A DNA stretch of 64,000 bases from the human T2T-CHM13v2.0 reference genome, Homo sapiens. Position numbers and translations under genes: made by a program. Under the pieces are notes generated by a model that worked only from the letters and a program-made list of their open reading frames with translations, was not told the DNA's origin and searched no databases. This document shows, in pieces, positions 58,159-64,000 of the stretch. The DNA is taken from NCBI RefSeq assembly GCF_009914755.1, contig NC_060935.1. One strand, written 5' to 3'. How positions within the stretch are numbered: the stretch's first letter is position 1; each line of letters opens with the position of its first letter.

Positions 58159-59494
58159 ATGGGGAATACTTCTAGTAAGTCTGGAATAGGAAGTAAGGCA
58201 GGTAACAAAGGAGATCAGAGTGATCGAATCCTTCCTGATAGTCCTTTAGGACTCATGCTTAAACACTGGAAAGAGAACAAAAGGACCAAACATAAGAAAA
58301 AGCAACTAATGATTAAGTACTGTTGCTTTCTTTGGACCCAAGAGCTTATTTTGAAACCTGCCATCTTCTGGCCGAAATATGGCTCAGATGAAGACCAGGT
58401 ATGCCAACTTTTAATAATGTATGTTAATAGCAAAACTCCTGCATCCTCAATTATGCCCTATGCTGGCAGCAAGGGCAGGTTTCTCTTTATCCCTTGAAGG
58501 ACTTAAAACAAGAAATAGATGCAGGCAAAAAGTCAGAAAGTATCCAGTAGGACCCTTTAAACCATCTTCCCCCTTTTCTAGTCCCACCTCCCCTTCCGCA
58601 GGTGGTAGTCCTACCTCCCCTTCCGCAGGTGGTAGTCCTACCTCCCCTTCTGCAGGTGGTAGTCCTACCTCCCCTTCCGCAGGTAGTAGTCCCACCTCCC
58701 CCTCCACCTCAAGTGACTATTCTGATTCTGGAAGAGGGCGTCCAGAAGTCCCTGAAGAGCATGATCGCTGTCATTTCTCTTCAAAATGAGGACTCCAAAG
58801 AGCAATAGAACAATGCAGAAAGGATATTCAGAATCTTCCCTTTCCTCCCACTTCCAAAGAGCCAGCTTTTCAGCTCTTTCCTCTAAAGGAAGTGCCACAA
58901 GGTGGGGGTGCAACTGGATTCATAAATCCCCCCTTAACTGCTCCTGAAATTCAGGGTCTAAAGAAAGAACTCAAGCCTCTGCTAGATGACCCAGAAGGAG
59001 TAGCAGAGCAAATCGATCAGTTTTTAGGTCCCCAACTATATTCCTGGACCAAATTAATGTCGATCCTGGGTATTCTCTTCTCAAAGGAAGAGTGAAACAT
59101 GATTCACAGAGCTGCTATGGCAGCCTAAGAACGTGATCACCCTGCCAGCCAAGATAATCTGGCAGCGGATACCAAATTCCCTGCTCAAGACCCACAATGG
59201 GATAATAATAATGCAGCTCATTGGGAAAATATGGAAGATTTGTGTGAGCTAATCATAAGGATTAAAGAGTCTGCACCCAGACCACAAAACCTTACTAAGG
59301 TTTTGTGTCTTACTAAGGTTTTGATGTGCAGCAAGAGAAAGACAAAGGGCCCATGCACTTTTTAGACAGGTTGAGAGAACAGACGAGAAGGTATGCTGAC
59401 TTAGATCCTAATAGTCCTCTAGGGCAAGGTATGTTAAAATTACATTTTGTTACAAATTATTGGCCAGATATTGCAAAAAAGTTACAAAAGATAA
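58159..59494 (+). pseudogene. gag: Decayed gamma-like (HERV-I group) gag: matrix, Pro-rich spacer and capsid, truncated after the major homology region
   Basis: Myristoylation start MGNTSSK; matrix DSPLGLMLKHW...WPKYGS; capsid FPLKEVP...LLDDPEGVAEQ; MHR QQEKDKGPMHFLDRLREQTRRY...PDIAKKLQK; several stops and frameshifts. Confidence 0.88.
58580..58709 (+). repeat. 27-bp tandem repeat (about 4.7 copies) inside gag
   Basis: AGTCC(C/T)ACCTCCCCTTC(C/T)GCAGGT(G/A)GT x4 plus a partial copy. Confidence 0.95.
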
Positions 59495-59720
59495 AGGAGT
59501 TCGAGAGTGGCCTGGCCAACATAGTGAAACCCGTCACTACTGAACACATAAAAATTAGTCGGGCATGGTGGCACGCACCTGCAATCCCAGCACTTGGGAG
59601 GCCGAGACATGACAATCGCTTGAGCCTGGGAGGCGGAGTTTGCTGTGAGCCAAGATTGTGCCACTGCACTCCACCCTGGGTGACAGAGCGAGACTCTGTC
59701 TCAAATAGAATAAAATAAAA
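59495..59720 (+). mobile_element. Alu 3' part (continuation of 57033-57095)
   Basis: Begins AGGAGTTCGAGA...GCCTGGCCAACATAGTGAAACCC; tail ends in AAAATGTGACTAT, matching the upstream AAAACGTGACTGT. Confidence 0.9.
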
Positions 59721-61169
59721 TGTGACTATTGGATGAGGCAGTTCAGAGCCCGGTCGAAGGACACTGACTGCTGCAGCACGATCTGTGAAGACAGGTCAAT
59801 CAGAGCAGATGGAGCTGCCTTGGAAAGGAGACTATGAAGCCATCTGAAGGCCAGGGCTATGAATGAACAGCTGCACAGATTCCATGTGCTGTCAGAAAAC
59901 AGAACTTAGAAGAAAAGGTGTAAGTCTTAAAGAAGCCATCAGCAAATGTCAAGTTGAACAAAGAACTTTCTAAGCATCATAGCTCGAGGGCCCTGTCAGT
60001 GGAGAGGTTCTGGGAGCTTGGTGGGGACCTGATGGACAGGGTTCAGGCACTGATTAAGGTTTAAAGAAGGGGGACTCTCCATTGCCCTCCAGCCCTGAGA
60101 CTCCATGAGGCTGTGATGCTTTGGGGCACACCCACCCCACCCCATGTGTGACAGTAGGGGCAGGGGATGCCGACCTCAGCTCCCCTAAATCACAAGCAAC
60201 ATTGGCAACCACATCACATTTCAATTTATCTGCAAAAAAATAAATGGGTCTTGTGAGTGCTATTTGGCAGTTGCAAACAGGAGAGGGCAAGTAAATTAAT
60301 GTTTTCTGTGAACCTTGACCCCTGGATCACAAAGCAAGGGTTTACCCCTCATACCAATATTTACTCTTTTTATTCGATATTTCACATCTGGGTTTGTGTC
60401 ATTGATTTTTTGCATGGGGACATTTATACATGGAATATTGAGATTGGAGATTTAAATTTACACACGCACAACTATTTAGGCTGGGGGAAAACTGACCTCT
60501 AGACTCACACACACATTTAAGTGATGGTTTAAATTGCCACATTTCATCCAGTTGGCAGAACTATGTAGAAAGAACTAAACTGACTTTCATGAAAAGATGT
60601 GAGCTCAAATAACAACAACAGCAGCAACATAATAGCAGTAGGTATTCGTGTAAGCACCACAGGGGCAGACATTTTTGTCTGTTTTGATAGCTGCTGTAAT
60701 CCCCAGCATCTAGAACAAACCCTGGTGGGAAGGAGGTTCTCGGTGAAAATATGTTGAAAAAACAGTAATCCTGCTGTACTTCCTTCCCTATTAGTAGAGG
60801 ATGTTGGAGGAAATTTTCTGTAACCTGCAATGTTTTCTTTCAAGAGGAAAGAACAGGGGAACTCTCCTCAAGTTCCTGGTTATTTTCCTGCTGTGGGTTA
60901 AACGCATATGTCTTTAATTTCTATTTTTAAAAATTTACCAACATACCATCAGCAATAAGCATGCCTATTTACTTGGATTGTGGCTTCTAACTATCATTCT
61001 CCATAAAAAGGAACTAGGGCACCTCAGAGAAATGACTGATACCTGGGCTGAGGTAGGAAAAGCACAGGAGAGGCTTGAGCATCAGTGTGCATGAGAAAGC
61101 AGGGGTGAGCTCGATGGTCGTAAGAACACAGCAGAAGGATGCATGAGAGGCTCGCAATTCTGACCATAA

Positions 61170-61533
61170 TGTAGTAACAGGGGTCAGACTTAATCTGTCC
61201 CTTCCCCAGCCTTAAGCAACAAACAGACAAAATATAGGAAGCAGTGGCTTTGAAATGTGGGACAGCAGCCCTGAGGCAGCTCAGGGCTGATTCCTGAGAA
61301 AAGTGAAGCAAACAAGTTGAAGGCATGAAAATTGTCCAATCTTCCTTCCTAGAGGTAGTTTTCAGGCTGCAGCACAGGGAGAGGAACTCAGGCAGCCAAG
61401 CAGTCTCACTGTATTGAAGACAAAAAGATTAGAGTTCAAGGAGCCCAAAAAGTTAAAGTGTGTGAATCAGAATACCCAAGAGGGGGATGTTGCATTCATG
61501 CATGCGTGCGTATGCACGCACACACACACATAC

Positions 61534-61566
<33 letters not shown>

Positions 61567-63440
61567 TTGAGAGATTGAGAGAGAGAGAGAGAGAGAGAAA
61601 TCTGCAGAGAGGTGCCCTTAAGTCTTTGGCTGAGTACTAATCTACATAAGCATGAGAGGAAACTACCCAGGGCTAGGGAAAGAACCACCAGAAGATAGTA
61701 GATTCAGCACTTCTGAGGGCTTACAGAGGGCTGGGAATAGCTCATGGTCTCACCAGCTGAGGTGAAAAGATCCACAGGGCATCACTGAGCAGGATTCCCA
61801 GAAGAGTATCATCGGGATTCAAGGCTTCTCTGTATCTGCCCTATCAAAGTGTAGGAGCAAACCCTGAATGGATTCGATGGATTCTAAGCAACTTAACTGC
61901 ATGCTCATACAGATTCTAACACGAATTAAAGAACAAGCAACAAAATCTAGCACTCAACAACATAAAATTTTAATGTCTGGCATTTAATAAAAAATTAGCA
62001 GGCAAGCAAAGAAGTGAGAGAATATGACACATAACTAAAAGAAAAAATAATCAATAGAAACAGACCCAGAAATGAGACAAATGATAACACTGGAAGAAAA
62101 GAATATTAAAATGATTAAAAGTGTGCTGCATCTGTTCAAAAAAGTAGAGGGAATCATGAACTGATAAGGAAAAGAATGAAAGCTATTTTTGAAAAAATCC
62201 AAATGGAACTCCTATGGTTGAAAACTACACAGAATGGGAGTAACAACAGATAGGGTACGGCAGAAGAAAGGATCAACAAAATTGAAGACATAGCAATAGA
62301 AACCCTTCAAAATAAAACACAGAGAGAAAAAACACTGGGAAAAATACACAGAACACCATAGATTTGTGGAACAATACCAAGTAGTCCAACATACCTGTGC
62401 TAAAAGTCCAAGAAATGGAAGTGGGGTGCAGAAAAAAGTATTTGAAGAAAAAGTGATAAAAAACTTTCCTTTGTTAATGAGAAGTATAAGCCCACAAATC
62501 TAAAAAGCTTAATACATTTCAATCAGAAGAAACATGAAGAAAACACACCAAGGCACATTATAATCAAACTGCTGAAAACAAGTAATAAAAAAATATTAAG
62601 AGCAGTCAGAGAAAAAGGACATATTATGTAGGGGAAGAAGAGTTTGGCATGCTTCTCATCAAAGTATATGCTAGTCAGAAGACAATGGAACAATATCTTT
62701 AAAGCATGAAAGAAACAGAACGCCAACCTAGAATTCTATACTCAGCAAAAATATATTTCAAAAATAAAGGTGAAATAAAGACTTTTACAGAAGAACAAAA
62801 TCTGAGAAAATTCATTGCTAGCAGACCTATACCACAACAAATGATAAAGGAAGTTATTCAGGCAAAAGGAAAATGATAACAGATGAAATTGGGATATACA
62901 CAAAAGGATGGATTGTACCAGAATTAGTATATAATAATAAATGTGCATGTTAATATAAAACGTTTTCTCAATTTTAATCTCCTTAAAAGTTAATTAGCTG
63001 TTTATACCAAAAATAATAACTGTATTATAGCACTATGACATACATAGAAATAAAATGTAATAGGACAGTAGCACAAAGGAAGGAGAGAAATGGAAGTATA
63101 TTGTTGAAAGGTTTTTAAACTATATGTGAAGGGGTATAATATTTGAAAATATACCATTATAAGTTTACAACTATGTTGTAAACTCAAAAGCGACCACTAA
63201 ATAAAAGTAAAATAAAGCAAAAAGTGCTAAGAATCCAACAGTAAAGATAAAATGGAATAACAAACAATATCCATTTAATACAAAAAAAGCACACATGTGC
63301 TGTATATATATTATATATCAAAATGGTAGATTTATATGCACGTTTATTAATACGTTAAATGTAAATGGTCTACACACTCCAATTAAAAGGCAGAGATTAT
63401 AGTTTGAATCAAAAAGCAAAACCCAATTGTATGCTATTTC
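61170..63440 (+). mobile_element. Old L1M 5'UTR/ORF1 remnant running into the ORF2 start
   Basis: A-rich; AATCAATAGAAACAGACCCAGAAATGA, ACACCAAGGCACATTATAATCAAACTGCTGAAAAC and CCAACCTAGAATTCTATA; endonuclease start TTAAATGTAAATGGTCTA...CTCCAATTAAAAGGCAGAGATT (LNVNGL..PIKRQR). Confidence 0.8.
61515..61598 (+). repeat. (CA)n(GA)n compound microsatellite
   Basis: Visible directly in the sequence. Confidence 0.9.
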
Positions 63441-63444
63441 CCTC

Positions 63445-64000
63445 AAAGGGACAAAGAAGTCAGCTGGAAGGTGCTACCATGGGCCAGGTATAGAACAAAT
63501 TATTCATCAAAATAAATAATGATAGTACTTGATTGTAACCCACTGAGTAAAATAGGAATCTATTAGTCCAAATGGAAATAAATAATGAAGAAGGAAAGTT
63601 ATTATTTACAATAGAATGCCAACTTATAAATATAGAAGGAAACAATCAATAGATTCTAAAGCTAGTACTGATAGTAAATGTTTGATGAGGAACAGGATAT
63701 TTACATAGTCATGAAGTATCTCCTCATCAATTTCTTATTAATTACAAAGGTCAAAATAGTGGCTGGCATATATTCTTTAAAACTGTTATGATCACAAAGG
63801 CTGTTACGATGATAAAGGCTGAAACTGTTCCGGATTAACAGAGACTAAGAAGACATGACAACTCCCTGTAATACTTGATCTTAGATTGAATCCTGGACCT
63901 GGAAAAACAAGCTGTTAAAGACATTATTGGAACAGTGCATGAGATTTGAATAAAGACTATAGATTAGATTACAGTATTGCAATGTCTTCAAACATAAAGA
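63445..64000 (+). mobile_element. L1MC/ME-like 3' UTR fragment
   Basis: AAATGTTTGATGAGGAACAGGATATTTACATAG, GAGACTAAGAAGACATGACAAC and AAAGACATTATTGGAACA. Confidence 0.6.

Noticed and set aside
58580-58709. 27-bp repeats as a possible CRISPR array
   Set aside because: Units are contiguous with no unique spacers, lie in a retroviral gag, and the DNA is eukaryotic with no cas genes

Overview
This window is primate (human-like) nuclear DNA rather than microbial DNA. It holds about 21 Alu copies or fragments, MIR, L1 and L2 LINE remnants, MaLR LTRs (MST, MLT1), hAT and Tigger DNA-transposon fossils and several simple-repeat arrays. I cannot support any intact protein-coding gene: the long ORFs come from low-complexity repeats, Alus or GC-rich sequence, and I did not identify the locus. 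The main unique-sequence feature is a CpG island (~4500-5620) with promoter motifs, two strong + strand splice donors and a short Kozak ATG exon, so it probably starts an unidentified transcript. The most striking structures are four. (1) A HERV-I/HERVIP10-like provirus (LTR10-like LTR, tRNA-Ile primer site, decayed gag with a 27-bp VNTR, phased p53-like half-sites) inserted into an Alu and later 3'-deleted. (2) A 140-bp, ~91% identical inverted duplication inside nested MER91/MER58 transposons. (3) A 410-bp tandem duplication whose second copy carries a 270-bp foreign insert. (4) A 1.26-kb in-phase TGA/TGG array with ~156-bp higher-order units. A CpG-rich MIR with a perfect minus-strand splice donor (~40 kb) is a second candidate promoter. 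I found no evidence for a new biological system. Repeat subfamily names come from remembered consensus sequences and boundaries are approximate.
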